Counted from the whole stretch's first letter, positions 36,061-49,568 are shown. The stretch: DNA of 63,715 nt, filler included, from Octopus bimaculoides (GCF_001194135.2; 7 parts of 7 records of this genome joined end to end with filler, not necessarily neighbours in it), one strand, 5' to 3'. Made by a program: numbers and translations. The notes: generated by a model not told the origin, from the sequence alone.

Positions 36061-37122
36061 CATGTGTATATGTGTGCACTTAGTTTTGTGTATGTCTATG
36101 TTTACAGATAAAAGTTATTTATTACAGTTAAACAAATAATACATTTATATTTATATATAATTGTAGCTTTGATTTTGTCTGCTTGCGAGCTAGTGCGTAT
36201 GTTTCTCCTTGTCTGCTAAATTTGGATGTTTCTAAAAAAACAAAATCTCAATGCAATTATGTAACTAGTCTGATGCACTTAATTCGTTTTGTGAATTGAT
36301 TCAAAATGTCAAATACGTTTGTTTTTTTTAACAACCAACATATCCTATGCGCAATTACATAGTTATTGTCAACATTCTTTGTCAATAAAATAGAAATGGA
36401 CACCAATTCTTCTGATTCGTATTGACAGAACCTGGTTAGGTTGTTTTTTTTCTTTAGAAACTTATTTACTTTCTTTCTTCCGTTGCAATATCTCCTGGAT
36501 TTTGATTAGTTCGGACAAAAACACTTCCGATGATTTTTTTCTTTTTTTGCTATTGTGTTCGAAGTTTTGCAAATTATATAACATTGTAGAAGCCAGGAAT
36601 ATTTTACTTTCGGGAAAGTGTATTTATTATATAATACCAGATTTGATTGATATTCTGTTCCATGAGTATATACTATCACTAGAGAAAATATTCTATCAAC
36701 ACTTTTGGATTGATAAAGTTAATAGTTATGTAATAGCATAATACTTGATAAAAGACGCTTTCGAATTCAGCTTATTTTATATGTTATACCTAATGCAAAG
36801 CAGCGTAAATTTTTCCTATTGTCCGTCATTGGTGAGATGAATAAAACCATAATATGAAATAGATTATAACTGAGTTTATTGAACATTAAATCAAGAGATA
36901 TAAAGAAATCATATAAGGTTATTAACAAGAGAATAGCAAGAAGAGTTGGCTGTGCAATATAGCAGTCAGAAATATATACCATATATCTGATTATCAGAAA
37001 CACAATCATTCGCGTATACATACATACATACATACATACATGCATGCATACATATATATATATATATATATATATCAGAAGCACTGACGTATCTCGTCAC
37101 GAGATATACTTGGCAATTTGTA

Positions 37123-37453
37123 ATTGTTCTACAAACGAAATAAAATCATATTTCGTTACTTCTAAATTGCTCCGCCAAATTATTGCAGAACAAAAATACA
37201 AGCATGTGCGTGCTGATCTACACACACACACACACACACAGACACACACACTGACACACACATATGTACACACATACACACACGCACACGCACAGACACA
37301 CATATACATGCATACATCTGAGTGTATACATAAATATAGTCACGCATTCGTAGACATATGCGTGCTTGTATGCCTGTGTGTTTCGTTGTTATTTTTACTG
37401 CTTTGTAATTTAGTACTAACGAAAATATGATTTTATTTCGTTTGTAGAACAAT
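37123..37453. mobile_element. Small foldback element with ~36-bp inverted repeats around a (CA)n-rich core
   Basis: ATTGTTCTACAAACGAAATAAAATCATATTTCGTTA (37123-37158) is inverted at 37417-37453. Confidence 0.7.
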
Positions 37454-38207
37454 CAGAGATAGCTGAATATATTTAGTGACACTGATCAGATGATGGGTCA
37501 ATATTTCCTTTACTTTAATTGTCAATGCAGAGCATCCATCCTAGCATCAATTAACTCTAGTTCTCTTCGTTATGATACTTTTATGAGGTAAAGCTATCTC
37601 CAATTAGTGTATATTTAGGAAATCACCTCCTTGAAATGGGAGGAGATATGCCCTTAATCAATATTTTGAATCACCTTTGAATTGTGAAAATTCAAACGTA
37701 AGATAAATCATGGAGAGTTAACCAATATAGTGAGTTGCTGTTGGAAACTATATAAATTGGTAAATGAGATAACTTCAAAATTTATTGATGTTATAGTATA
37801 GTGTTAGAAACAAATTGTCCGTTTTATTTATGGATGTTGACGACAGATTCAATTCTTGCTCAAACATTTAAGAGAACATTTTACATGTATAACTAGCGAT
37901 TATTCAAATACAACTAAACGTTATGGAGCTGAACATTTCGAACTAAAATCATGTCAATGCTATAAATTGCTTGAAGGGAATCTAGAGATGGATTTATCAA
38001 TATCATCGACACTCTTATATATCATCAATTCCGGAAATGAACACATAACTTTTGGAAATACGAATAAATACATATATAGAGAGGATGCTTGCGAACTCAC
38101 TCATTTCTATTGGAATCTTCATTAAATAAATCAGTAGGAATATTACCTAAGAAAATTATTTTCCAATGCTCTATTGGTACATTTTTATATTAGTTAGGTG
38201 GATAAAA

Positions 38208-38745
38208 AAGCCGCTGAGCTGGCAGAACTGTTAGCACGTAAAACGAAATACTTAACAGCATTTCGTCCGTCATTACCTCCTGACGCCAAATTTCTCCGAA
38301 GTCGAGTTTGCCTTTCATCCTTTCAGGATCGATAACATAAACATCAGTTGAACAATGGGGATGATGAATTCCACATATTTCCTCCCCTGAAATGGCTGGC
38401 TTGTGCATAAAACACGAATACGCAACATAAGCTACATTAGTTTCCAGCAAAAAGAAATTGGAAGAGAAAGTATAGTGTGTACAATAATGACAACATTTTC
38501 TTAAAATTTAATATAGTGTTGCATGAAGGCGACAAGCTGGCAGAAACGGTAGCACGCCGGGCGAAATGCTTGGCGGTATTTCGTCTGACTTTACGTTCTG
38601 GGTTCAAATTCCGCCGAGGTCGACTTTGATTTTCGTCTTTTCGGGGGTCGATAAATAAAGTACCAGTTGCGTACTAGGATCGATCTAGTCTACTGACCCC
38701 CTCCCCAACAATTTCCGGCCTTGTGCTTAGAGTAAAAAATAAATA
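38208..38745 (+). mobile_element. Two tandem main-family SINE copies (38208-38420 decayed, 38526-38745)
   Basis: Both have the GAGCTGGCAGAA..GTTAGCACG head and the body CGACTTTG..TTTCATCCTTTC.GGGTCGATAAA. Confidence 0.85.
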
Positions 38746-39497
38746 AATATAGTTGTCACTGAAAAGAAAATGAAATAAACTTAAATAAGAAAAAAAGACT
38801 TTAGAGAATAGAAGCAAACTGAATTTCTTATGCCTGCAGAGTTTTTCATCTAAAAAATAAATTCGGAAATTCTTAGCATGAAATATTCAAAACTTAAAAA
38901 TCTGGAAGTGTTTAATTTATAAAAATAGATATATTATAATGGTTCTAGATGGTGTGGATTTAAATAATCCCAAGCTTAAATGATTTTGTTCCAGTTTATG
39001 TAGGTCGAGATTAATTGAAAGGAAAACTAATGTAGTTACAAAAGTGAGAATTAACCAAGTAAAATATAGTGATGGAGAGAGAACAAATAAATGTAAATTT
39101 GTGAACGGTGCAAATATGTCAATTGTAATAGAAATATAGTTTTAAAAATATTCTTCATATGCAACAAGATATTTCAAATATTAACAGATTATTATACCGT
39201 TCTATATGAGCAGAAGCAAAATTACAAAAGAAAAAAGAGAAAAGAAAAAACTCTATTGAAAAGCTATATGCTCAGAAACAATAAGATAGACGGGTAGATT
39301 TATCAATTGATTATGTTAGAAAAAGCTACTGAAAACGAAATTGAACACCGCTATTCTTTAAACTTAGACAGTAAATTTGTCTGAGATACTTGTAAATCGA
39401 CTTTTAAATATAACTCAAATTACTGGAAAGTTAGTCAGTTTGAAATAATTATTTCTACATTAATCTCTTTCCTGCTACCACATTGTCCGTTGATCTG

Positions 39498-39574
<77 letters not shown>

Positions 39575-39589
39575 GATTGGGCGCTAGCA

Positions 39590-39703
39590 ACTAAAGCTTT
39601 CTTTTTTTTATTCTCTCTCTGTCTATTTGCTCCTGTTCCTTTCAGTTGAAGAGCGTAGGCTCGAAACCCAAAGAACTTTCTCACCTTCCCGAGCATTAAA
39701 CTA
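39590..39703 (+). mobile_element. Second copy of the hammerhead-bearing dispersed repeat, cut by a gap
   Basis: CTTT-CAGTTGA-A-GAGC-GTAG-GCTC-GAAA-CCC-AAAG at 39639-39673. Similar to 855-1047. Confidence 0.7.
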
Positions 39704-40094
39704 NNNNNNNNNNNNNNNNNNNNNNNNATATATATATATATAGGTATGTATGTATGTACGTATGTATGTATGTATGTATAAGGAAAATAAAACAAGATAG
39801 AAAATTCTGAAATAATTTTATCATGAAGAAAATGTTAGTACAGGTTTCAGTCTTTGCAATTAAATTGTGGAAAAATTAAATGAAATTTTTCTTAGAATAT
39901 TTCTACAGTCCTCAAATACACGGGACATTTTCGGTCTTTTTTTTAAGTTCCCTCTCCCACTTTCACATGTGTGAATGCTCGGTAGGTTAGGCAGTAGCAG
40001 TAGATCAGAAGAAATATGTGGGACATGAGTTCTGGCTTTTGATTATTTAAGCAGTAGTAGCCGAAGAAGTAGACGGCGAACGCAAATATCGATG

Positions 40095-41110
40095 TGTTCG
40101 CTAAATGCTATCTTTCTGTATTCCCGAATTTTGATCTGAGATCAATGTAGGTCCATCCTTCGGCGTAGACTGTTTTTTGCTTGGCCTATGCATTGCTTTA
40201 GACATCCTGAGCAATTTAATGCATATATTAGGTTCTCCGAAGCACATGTGAAGTTGTTTTCCCCTGTAAAACGTTGACCTTGTTGGAAGGAGAGCCTCGA
40301 TCCATCAATTAGGTTCATGCACATATCACTGTTAGGTTTTCCACATTTTTTTTACGGACACTTTCAATGTTGACGAATATTCTTGGGCTTGTGTTAGTAG
40401 ATTTTTTTATTGACTTGGGTTGTCTTTTGCCCTTTATGGTGGTGTACGCTTGGAGAATTATATTCATTCTGTGGTCCCCTTTTTATTAGAGGAATGTTCT
40501 TGAGGAATGTGTCGAAGGCTTCATTGTTTAGGAGGGGGTGGAGATGTATGGTATGGCTTTTGGTTGTAAATCCTTCTTTAGTTTAGGATGTTTAAGTTCG
40601 TAGATGTTGAGCTGTAGGGCACGGTGAAAGCCTATATCAGTCCGTTTCTATTTTGTTGCTGGATTTCTTAATGTGGTTGTGAGGAATAGAAGTTGTTGAT
40701 GGCTATATGCCATCGTAAATTGAATGTTTATGTCAAGTTCATTTAGAAGTGCTTGGAATTTTAAGCCTCTCTTTACTTTCATGCCAAGGAATGAAGCAGT
40801 CATCCAGATACCCCTTCCAGTTATTTTCTATGTAGAGGGGGAATAAAGACTGATTTCAAGATATCCCATGACTAGGTTAGCAAAGAAGGGTGCCTTTCTC
40901 GTACCAATCGCTGTCCCCGGTTTTTGTCAACAGAAGATATCTTTGAAGACGAAGAAATTATTCTCCAAGATGAATTTTAGCCCTTCTATTACGAATTCTT
41001 TTTTGGAGCGTGTGGGGTGTTCATTGAAGTAGATCCCTACCGAGAATTGGATTGCCACAATTCCTAGGCCATGGCTTTAATTCAAAATGTATTCAACGGA
41101 CTTGGTGAAG
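40095..41110 (-). mobile_element. Decayed Penelope-like element (Penelope/Poseidon type), RT and GIY-YIG remnants
   Basis: The minus strand gives LKFILENNFFVF...GTAIGT..AP..ANLVMGYLE and NFTCASENLIYALNCSGCLKQCIGQAKNSLRRRMDLH. Confidence 0.8.
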
Positions 41111-42216
41111 TATCTTCATACATTTAGCTACACTAGAAAATGGATATACAGTATCATCTAGCTATCTGTCACTCTACTACTAATAACAAGTGAACACAAT
41201 CATAATTATTTCCGTAACTCTCAGTGGATCACTTCCTTTCGGTTAGAAACACATTTTTCTATTACTAGTAAAAAGAAACTTCCTCGCTTGCTCATCTCTT
41301 AGGGAAAGAAAAATACATGTATACATTGGGTCTAGTAGTCTTAGGTACGTTTAGTTTGAAAACAAGAGAAAGATTTTAAATCATTGTCTACACAGACAAT
41401 GCTGACCTGCAAGTAAATAACAAATTACGAAATAAAATCATGACAGCTTTCTTAATATAAACTCGTGCTTTATATTTGTATGGTTATACTACGAGTTATA
41501 TTGAAAAATATTTTAAATGTGAAATAGAATGTCAGAATAAGTATATTGTAATAGAAATTTTATGAAAAATAGTGCAAACTTTTATTAAAAGTATAACAAA
41601 ACACGAACTGCAGAACGAAATGTCGAAAAATATGTATTTAGCTTTCATTCTTTATTTTTATCTCAAAGAATACGAAATATTTACAAAAAATGGGAATAAA
41701 ATTAATACGTAACATTGATATTTATTAAATGCTCTTGATAGGTCGTCAATGCTTGTTTGCATGTAAATAATTTCTAAGAAGGAAGCGAGTGACACCAAAC
41801 ATTGTATAACATACTAAATGAAAACAACGGCTGAAAAAATACAAAAATAAAAACAAAGTAAATAAAGCAATTCATTAAAAAAATATTGAAATTTTACATC
41901 TGTCCATCTGTCTAGATGTCTGTCTCCCACTCAATCACCGTTTCTCTTGTTCACATTTTCTCTTTCTAACTTAAAAATGAATATATCGATATTTTCGTTA
42001 ACTGTCTGTCCTGTTATTATAATATATATATAATAACAAATATATATATATATATATGTGTGTGTGTTGTGCGTGTGTGTGTGTACGTGTGTGTTGAGCA
42101 TATATATATATATATATATTGTATGTGTGTGTATTGAAATATCAGCATGCACATTTCATATTATTTTACATAATAAATGCATATATATATATATACATAT
42201 ACATACACATATATAC

Positions 42217-42272
<56 letters not shown>

Positions 42273-43397
42273 ACTAACGCGCATATATATTTATAAATAC
42301 TGTGACGTGTATAGAGTTCCGAATTTGCATGAGCTAAACAGTTTTCAGCAGAATTTAACAACTTATTCAGTGCATGCGCACTGGTTTGGTAATATTGAGT
42401 GTATAACATAACAAAGAAAAGAATCAGTACATAAAATCTAGGAAGTTGTGAAAACATGTAGTTTTCTTTCAATAGCTTTGACGTGTGTTTAACCATCAGG
42501 ACGAATGCAATTATCATTTTGTACACCCATATAAATATGCATATGTATGTACGTATTCATCTCTCCCTCCCCCTCTCTCTGTATCTATTTATATATATAC
42601 TTACATATATTTACGTATACACACACACACACATACACACACACACACACACACANNNNNNNNNNNNNNNNNNNNNNNNNNNNNNNNNNNNNNNNNNNNT
42701 TAATTAATTAANNNNNNNNNNNNNNNNNNNNNNNNNNNNNNNNNNNNNNNNNNNNTTGCGTTGACAACTCAGCATTTCAGCATAAGAGACCAACAGTACC
42801 AGGCTTAAAAAGAAAAAAGTCCTGGGGTCAAGTCATTCGACTAAAAGTTCTTCGAGGTGATGCCCCAGCATGGCCACAATCTAATGGCTGAAATAAGAAA
42901 AAGATTAAAAATAAAAAGACTTGTAGGGAAAATATAAATCTTGGGGTTTGATTTGTTCAATTTGAACCCTTCAAGGCTCTACTGTTCAACCGAAAAAAAT
43001 AATTTTTTACTTCTTTCATTTGGAGCATGAGGAAGAGGAAAAAAAATCTAATTTAGAGAGATTTAGTCAAATATTCCACTTTTCCATTTATAAAACTGAT
43101 TGTTTGGAACAGAACAGAACAGAACGGAGACGATAAAAGATTCTCATTTGAAATTCTTCTCCTGGGTGGTTTTTTAATTTAAATATAACAAAGAGGTTTT
43201 GTATCGGAGAAGAAGCCGAACTGGAATCAAGAGGGTTAAGAGACCATTGATATTACATGACGATATGTGTGCTATGCTTTAATATCGCCGTTTCTTTATT
43301 TTTGTTTTTTTGTTTTTTTTGTATTTTTTTTTTAACCATTTCATTTCTTTATTGTTGTTAATTACATTTTTTCTCTCTCTCTCTCTCTATTTTCTAG

Positions 43398-43499
43398 ATT
43401 AAAAAATTTCAGACTCTGGATACTGATGAGGACAGGATTAAACAAGCCAGAGATATTTATGACCAGTTTATTATGAGAGAATTGCTGGCACAATGTCAC
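43398..43499 (+). CDS. GRK2: Internal exon (RH domain) of a GRK2/3-subfamily G protein-coupled receptor kinase; cephalopod rhodopsin kinase belongs to this subfamily
   Basis: A long polypyrimidine tract and TTCTAG acceptor, a 102-bp phase 0/0 exon IKKFQTLDTDEDRIKQARDIYDQFIMRELLAQCH, and a GTAAGT donor. Collinear with human GRK2 [34 protein letters not shown] (recalled). Confidence 0.93.
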
Positions 43500-43507
43500 G
43501 TAAGTAG

Positions 43508-43790
43508 TTAACCTCCTCCCTTGCTTGATTTCGATTTTTCAAAGTTTATAAATGACCCCCCCTCCTCTCGACTTACGACTGAGCTCCGTTCCAACTGAGC
43601 GGTCATAAGTCCACCTGGTCGTTCTTCTTCTGCCATTGTGTGTGCTTCCAATTCAGTCCACTTTTCATCTGAAACTTCTTTTGTTTCACAATCTAGCAAC
43701 TCCTCCGCATCTTCGAGTTCACATTTTAATTCTAAATTGTTTGCTAGTTTAATTATGTCTTCTCTAACCACTTCATGGGTCTCATTTTCT
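43508..43790 (-). mobile_element. Tigger/pogo transposase C-terminal remnant
   Basis: IIKLANNLELKCELEDAEELL...ELE...EEE...QLERSSVVSR resembles the Tigger acidic C-terminus. Confidence 0.6.
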
Positions 43791-45504
43791 CTTAAGAGTG
43801 AGATAGAGGATGGAGTGTGGTAGTGGTGGTGAGGGGGATGATTTGGCTGCTATTTCTAACAGTTTGAATGCCTGCATGGAAGTTTTCCTGTTGGTTCAGC
43901 ATGTTTGTTTTGTAGTTGCCCATTGTTGTTTACTCCCAGGTCAGTCCTGATCAGGCAGACCTATCTATGATCAAAAGGGCATTCCATATATGACCATCCC
44001 ATTCTTTTTTATATACACAGTGTATCTAGGATCTCATTATCTATTGTCCCTTTTTTTTTTTTAATTAAGACTGTGTGCATCGGTGGGGGAGTGTATTCAA
44101 GGAAGATAATTTGGTTACCATTCTTAGCAGGCAGGTCAAGCAATGTTTCTGTTGTCTGCAATTGTTTTGAGTCGGGGTCATTACTTTGTAAACTCGATCC
44201 CCCTCAGTCATCACCCCCACCACCAATGCCACAACATCCCTGTCTGCCCCCCCCCCCACTGACGTTCAGCCATCACCACCATTTCCAGTCGAAAATAATA
44301 GAAAACTATATTTGATAAATTGTATCATAAGACTTGGTATTTTTGCATTAAATTTATTACAGATAATAACATTTTTTTCTGTCAAATGAAATTGGCAATG
44401 AATTATGATTTAATAATATTTATTTTCTTAACTTCCTCCTTCTCCCCTCTTTCGCTCTCTCTCTCATGAAGAGCCAACACCACCACCACCACCACCACCA
44501 CCACTCACCTTCAGACAGCTGTTTCATCAGGAGCCTAATTTATGATGGTTTGCCATAGGGGTTACACAACGCCAAGATGAAAGACAGCTTAGATATATAT
44601 CTTCTTTGCCAGAGTCTTGAAGTTTTCGTAGCAAAATATGTTTCAATAAGCAATATGATTCATTGCGAACTTTCTTCCCCACCAAAACGGAATTTAGTGA
44701 CTTGCAGTCAGATGTCATATGTTTCTCAGACTGGAATCTGTTTAAAAAACGTGGCACATACAGTTGCTGTAAACCAGGGGGAGGGGAAAAAAAAAACAAG
44801 CGGGGTGGTACGTAAAGTTGATTGATTGTTTTTGAAGAAGAAATGCTTTTCACGCACTTTTGAGAGGATAGTGTAGAAGATGTGTGTATTGAATATACAA
44901 AAATGTAGCCTCTCAATAACAGAACAAGTAGCCATCCTGTTTTGGTTTTTGTCATGTCCCGGCAGCTAATGTTTGAGCTTCTCAGTTCTTATCAAGAAGA
45001 CAACATCCACTTTGAAAGTAGATAAGTGCATAGCTGTGGGTTTGTCTTGGCAAATAGACAGTATTTTGGTTCTTATGATAAGAGAGGGAAAGAAAGAGAT
45101 GGAGGGGAGAGAGCGAGAGCCGTGTAATTTGACTGCTACAGAGGGCAGGCTATTTTATTTTCGAGCAAATCTGTCATTACAGATAGAAAACTTGAATTTG
45201 TGTTTGTTAGGAAACCAAGAGCCACCAGGGTTATTTTAATTATGCCAGGGTTTCTTCTGAACTAGATCTTGCTAATGAAGAGATTTAGGGCAAAGAGATA
45301 GTAGTGTAGGCCTTACAACAACAACAACAACAACCACTTCAGGACATGTAATAATGTTCATCTTGTGAAATAACTAACATGTTAAGAACAGCACAGTGAC
45401 TATAAAACACTGCTCTAGACATCATCACTACTCTCTCACTGGCTTCAGTCACTGGATGGTGGCCATACTGGGGCATCACTTTGGAAAGTTTTTAGTCTAT
45501 CATA

Positions 45505-45730
45505 GTGAAGGCACATGGCTTAATGGTTAGAGTATTTGACTAATGATCATGAGGTGGTGAGTTCAATTCCTGGCAATACATTGTGTCCTTGAGCAAGACA
45601 CTTCAATTCAGGTTGCTCCAGTGCTTGCAAAAATGAGTTGTACCAGTAATCCAAAGGGGACCAGCTTTGTCATATTCTGTATCATGCTGAATCTCCCTAG
45701 GAACTACGTTAAGGATATGTGTGTCAATCA
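45505..45730 (+). mobile_element. tRNA-headed CORE-like SINE
   Basis: TGGCTTAATGG...GAGTTCAATTCC boxes and GTGTCCTTGAGCAAGACACTTCA. The tail is related to 34803-35183. Confidence 0.8.
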
Positions 45731-45759
45731 TCCACCCATCCACCCATCTTCTCTGCCCA

Positions 45760-46640
45760 CTATACCTGGGAGGGTTGTTGGGGTAATGTCTTCAGGCACC
45801 TCCTCAATAAGGTCCAATGAGAAGCAACAGTCATTACCCTTTCCAGATGGATTTCCAAGCATGACCAACTGAGACTATGAACATCATCCAGCCATCTCAT
45901 TCTTGTTCTATCACTAAGTCTCCTGTCAGTTGTTGGGGTAGAATCCTTAGGCACTTCCTTCATGGGGTCCTATCATAAGCATCCATCATTACACTTTCTG
46001 GCTGGATTCCCAAGCACGACCAACTGAGACTATGGATATCATCCAACCCTCTCATTCTTGGTCTTCCCTTAGGACTGCTGCTGAAAGGTCGACTCCTAGG
46101 TCACCTTCTTGGCTTGGCTTGAAGAATCAGTCTTGCAACTCTTTCCTGTAACCTTCTAACCACATATCCATAATACCAGAGCTATGACGTCTCAATGCAG
46201 AGAAGCAGCAGCTCAGCCTGGAGAGACTCCCTGATCTCCAAGATATGCACCATGTCAGATAATGTTACTCTAGGAATCCTTCAAAGAAAACCCATTTCAA
46301 CCACTTCTACTTTGGATAATCAGTTACTTATTAGATCAAGAATTTCTTCGCATTCCTTACACCCGTCTTCCATTCTTCTCTGTCATCCAGGACATTTTTT
46401 AAATCTCTTGGTTAGTATGTCCAGTGTCCTTTAGCCATTGGTTGATGTAGTTTCTTTCGGCTCTCCTTCTACGTTTACCATAAGGAGGTTGCCACACGAG
46501 TTTCAGCCACTGACTTTTCCTTGCTACACCAGCAGTGACCATTTCATCCCTGCCTGTGCTTCCATATGGCCTCTGTGATATACGTGATGTCTTGGTCTGG
46601 TTGTTTGTTAGTCACGTGATGACACAGGTCCTGAAAAGAA
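45760..46640 (-). mobile_element. Decayed RTE LINE 3' fragments, with the C-terminus partly duplicated
   Basis: RTRMRWLDDVHSLSWSCLEI and a second GRPRMRGLDDIHSLSWSCLGI; also LRRITGVTRQDHITN. Confidence 0.7.
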
Positions 46641-46889
46641 TCTTATCTATCAAGATCAAGGCCAATAAAATGAAACATCAGTCAAGCACTGGAGGGGGGG
46701 GATTCATTTGGGTCAACTCATCCCCACCACCACCACCGTCAAAATTACTGGCCTTGTGCCCTAAATTAGATTTATTTATGGACTTAATAAGTTATTGTTT
46801 TCATGTAAACTGACACAACTCGAAACTGGTTTACATTGATAAACACAAACACAAATTCACACGCTCATACCATGCGTTATTTTGGATGA

Positions 46890-47058
46890 CAGATGACATT
46901 GACCCCAGTGTTTCACTGGTACTTAATTTATTGACCCCCAAAAGGATGAAAGGTAAAAATCGACCTTGGTGGCATTTGAACTCGGAACGTCAAGACAGAC
47001 AAAATGCTTAGCAGCATTTTGCTCGGCGTGCTAGCGATTCTGCCAGCTCACCACCTTA
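46890..47058 (-). mobile_element. Main-family SINE on the reverse strand
   Basis: Reverse complement begins AAGGTGGTGAGCTGGCAGAATCGCTAGCACG. Confidence 0.85.
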
Positions 47059-47269
47059 ACAATAATAATAAGAGCTTCTGATTTAGATACAAGGTCAGTG
47101 ATTGGAGAGGGGACTGGTTAATTAATTATACTGACCCCAGTACTTAACTGGTACTTTATTTTCTTGANNNNNNNNNNNNNNNNNNNNNNNNNNNNNNNNN
47201 NNNNNNNNNNNTTAATTAATTAANNNNNNNNNNNNNNNNNNNNNNNNNNNNNNNNNNNNNNNNNNNNGG

Positions 47270-49568
47270 AATGAGTGATGTTGATAAAGATGTAATCTTC
47301 TCTTCAGGGAAATTCATGAGAGCCAACTTAACCGTAAGACATTATAACCGAATGTGATAACTGTGGGTAGAGAAGATTGCTACATATCTTATTTGAAAAA
47401 ACCGTTGGAAGTTGCAACGCTACGAGACAGTACATTGGACAAGGGGGGAAGAAAAGAAGGATAAAGAGAAAATTAGAATTTGTTTTAAAGGACCACAAGA
47501 AAAACTTTTGGAGTAGCCCCAAATTACGTCTTATCTGCCCATCTAAATTGGACATAGGTGTTCTTAGCATAAATATACTAGACAAATATATACCTACTTT
47601 AGTCAAAAAATTAAAACTTAGTTTGTGGTCCAATTCAACACAAGTAGTAGATTGGTTTAGTAACATTAATGATAAACATAACACCAAATTTATCCAGTTT
47701 GATATATCCAACTTCTATTCTTCAATTAACCCCATTTTACTCAATAAGGCACTCTGGTTTGCTCATAATAAGGCGGGTCTTTCCAGAGAAAAGATTGATG
47801 TTTTAGCAGCTAGAAAATCTATAATTAAATTTAACCCTTTAGTGTTTGCATTATTCTGCCAAAATTAATGCTTTTTCATCCACATTGTTTTGAACTAATC
47901 ATGCATTATCTTGTAGCTATGAGATTTTGATGAGGTAGCTGTTAATTTTTAAAACGATATTGTAGGGTTGGTGTGAGAGACCAGATTTGGCCAGTTTGAA
48001 CATAAAACAAGCAGAATACTTTTGGCCGGATATGGCCGGTTTAAATGCTAAAGGGTTAATAATAAACTCTGGACACGCAAGGATACTCCCGATGTTTTTG
48101 ACGTGCCTATGGGAAGTTCTGACTCAGCACAGATAGCCAACTTGATCTGCGCATATATTCTCTATGAGATGGCAGACCAGTTCTCAACCATTAGGGGTGG
48201 TCTGTACCGAGATGACTGTTACTCTATCTCCACAATGCCACAAACCAACAAATACAAAAAGTTATAAATAGATTAGTCAGGTTTTTCCGAAGAATGGGTT
48301 TTGGCATCGTTTTTGAGGATGATATCTTCATAGCCAATTTCCTTGATGTTACTCTAGACCTACACACCAATACTTTTTTCCCTTACCATAAACCCTCCAC
48401 TAACCTTAAGTATATTAGCCAGTTTAGCAATCATCCTAGAATGGTAACCAGAAATTTAGTTAGGAACATATCACTCAGATTGTCAAATCTATCCGCAAAT
48501 ATAAATATTTTCAACTAAGAGGCTGACTTTTATAACTCTGCCTTACTTACTAAAAGCAGGTCAGATACATTAATTCTACTTGCGTTCTTTCTACCTATGA
48601 TAATAAAGACATTAAAATTGATGGTAACAATAAACACAATGATTGTCCTCATTATAATCTTGTTGACAATAATATACAGACAAACACTTTTTTACATTAT
48701 AGGGGAGGTAACTGACACTTTAAACCCTTTTTTAATAATAATGATAAACTGAAGTTTTTTAGAAATAATAACGCACATAAAAAACTTGGATCTGATAAAA
48801 ATCAGATCCAAGTTCTTAATTCCATTTGGAAAACAGATTAAATCCAATTTGGCTTCCCAGTTCCGAAATGCTGTTAATAAGAATTTTCCAAGACATTCTC
48901 ACTATTTCCCAGTCATAAACACGCACAAGGTTAGATAAGGATTTTCAAACACAAAAAATATCTCGCAAATAATATCTACACACAATATGAGACTATTAAA
49001 TTCACATCCAGGTACCGATAGCAATAACATTAATTCCGACAATACAAACCATCACCATTATAACAATAACAACACAGATAATAATGTAAGTAACAATAAT
49101 TATAATAAGAAATATAATAATAATAATTACCACAACAACATCATTATTTCAGAAGTTAATAGCAACAGAATTAGTTTTTTAAGTGATAATGCGAAATCCA
49201 AGAACACTGTATATCAATGTAAAGTCACCTCCTCTACCGATGTATCTTCTTACATTGGATCTCCCTCCTCACCGATTTCCAGAAAAATTTCAAACCATTA
49301 TTCTACATTTAGGGATAGAAATAAACACAACAGCACGGGTCTTAGCAAGTTAATTTGGGAACTTAAAGATAACAACAAACAATTTAATTTAGACTGGTTA
49401 ATTCTCTCTACGTCAATACCATACGATAAAGGTAAGAAATTTTGCCCGTTATGTAATACGGAACTGTTCTTCATTTTATTCTCGAAGAATAAACTGGTAA
49501 ATACGTTTATTGAAAGAGCATATAGATGTAAACATTGGCAAACACATACATTTAGTTCATATATATAA
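47270..49568 (+). mobile_element. Penelope-like element (Neptune-like), RT + GIY-YIG, lightly decayed
   Basis: LKDHKKNF..LRLICPSK, FDISNFYSSI, FDVPMGSSD, GLYRDD, NFLDVTLDL, SNHP, then VYQCKV...YIG...SNH..TF...LSKLIWELK...CPLCNTE...CKH. Confidence 0.92.
47835..48055. mobile_element. piggyBac-type MITE inserted in the PLE RT
   Basis: TTAA TSD (47831-47834, 48056-48059) and TIR CCCTTTAG / CTAAAGGG. Excision restores RKSIIKFNNKLWTRK in frame. Confidence 0.92.

Noticed and set aside
43422-43445. CTGATGAGGAC inside the GRK exon as a hammerhead
   Set aside because: There is no stem II partner or GAAA, and it is explained by the codons for T-D-E-D.
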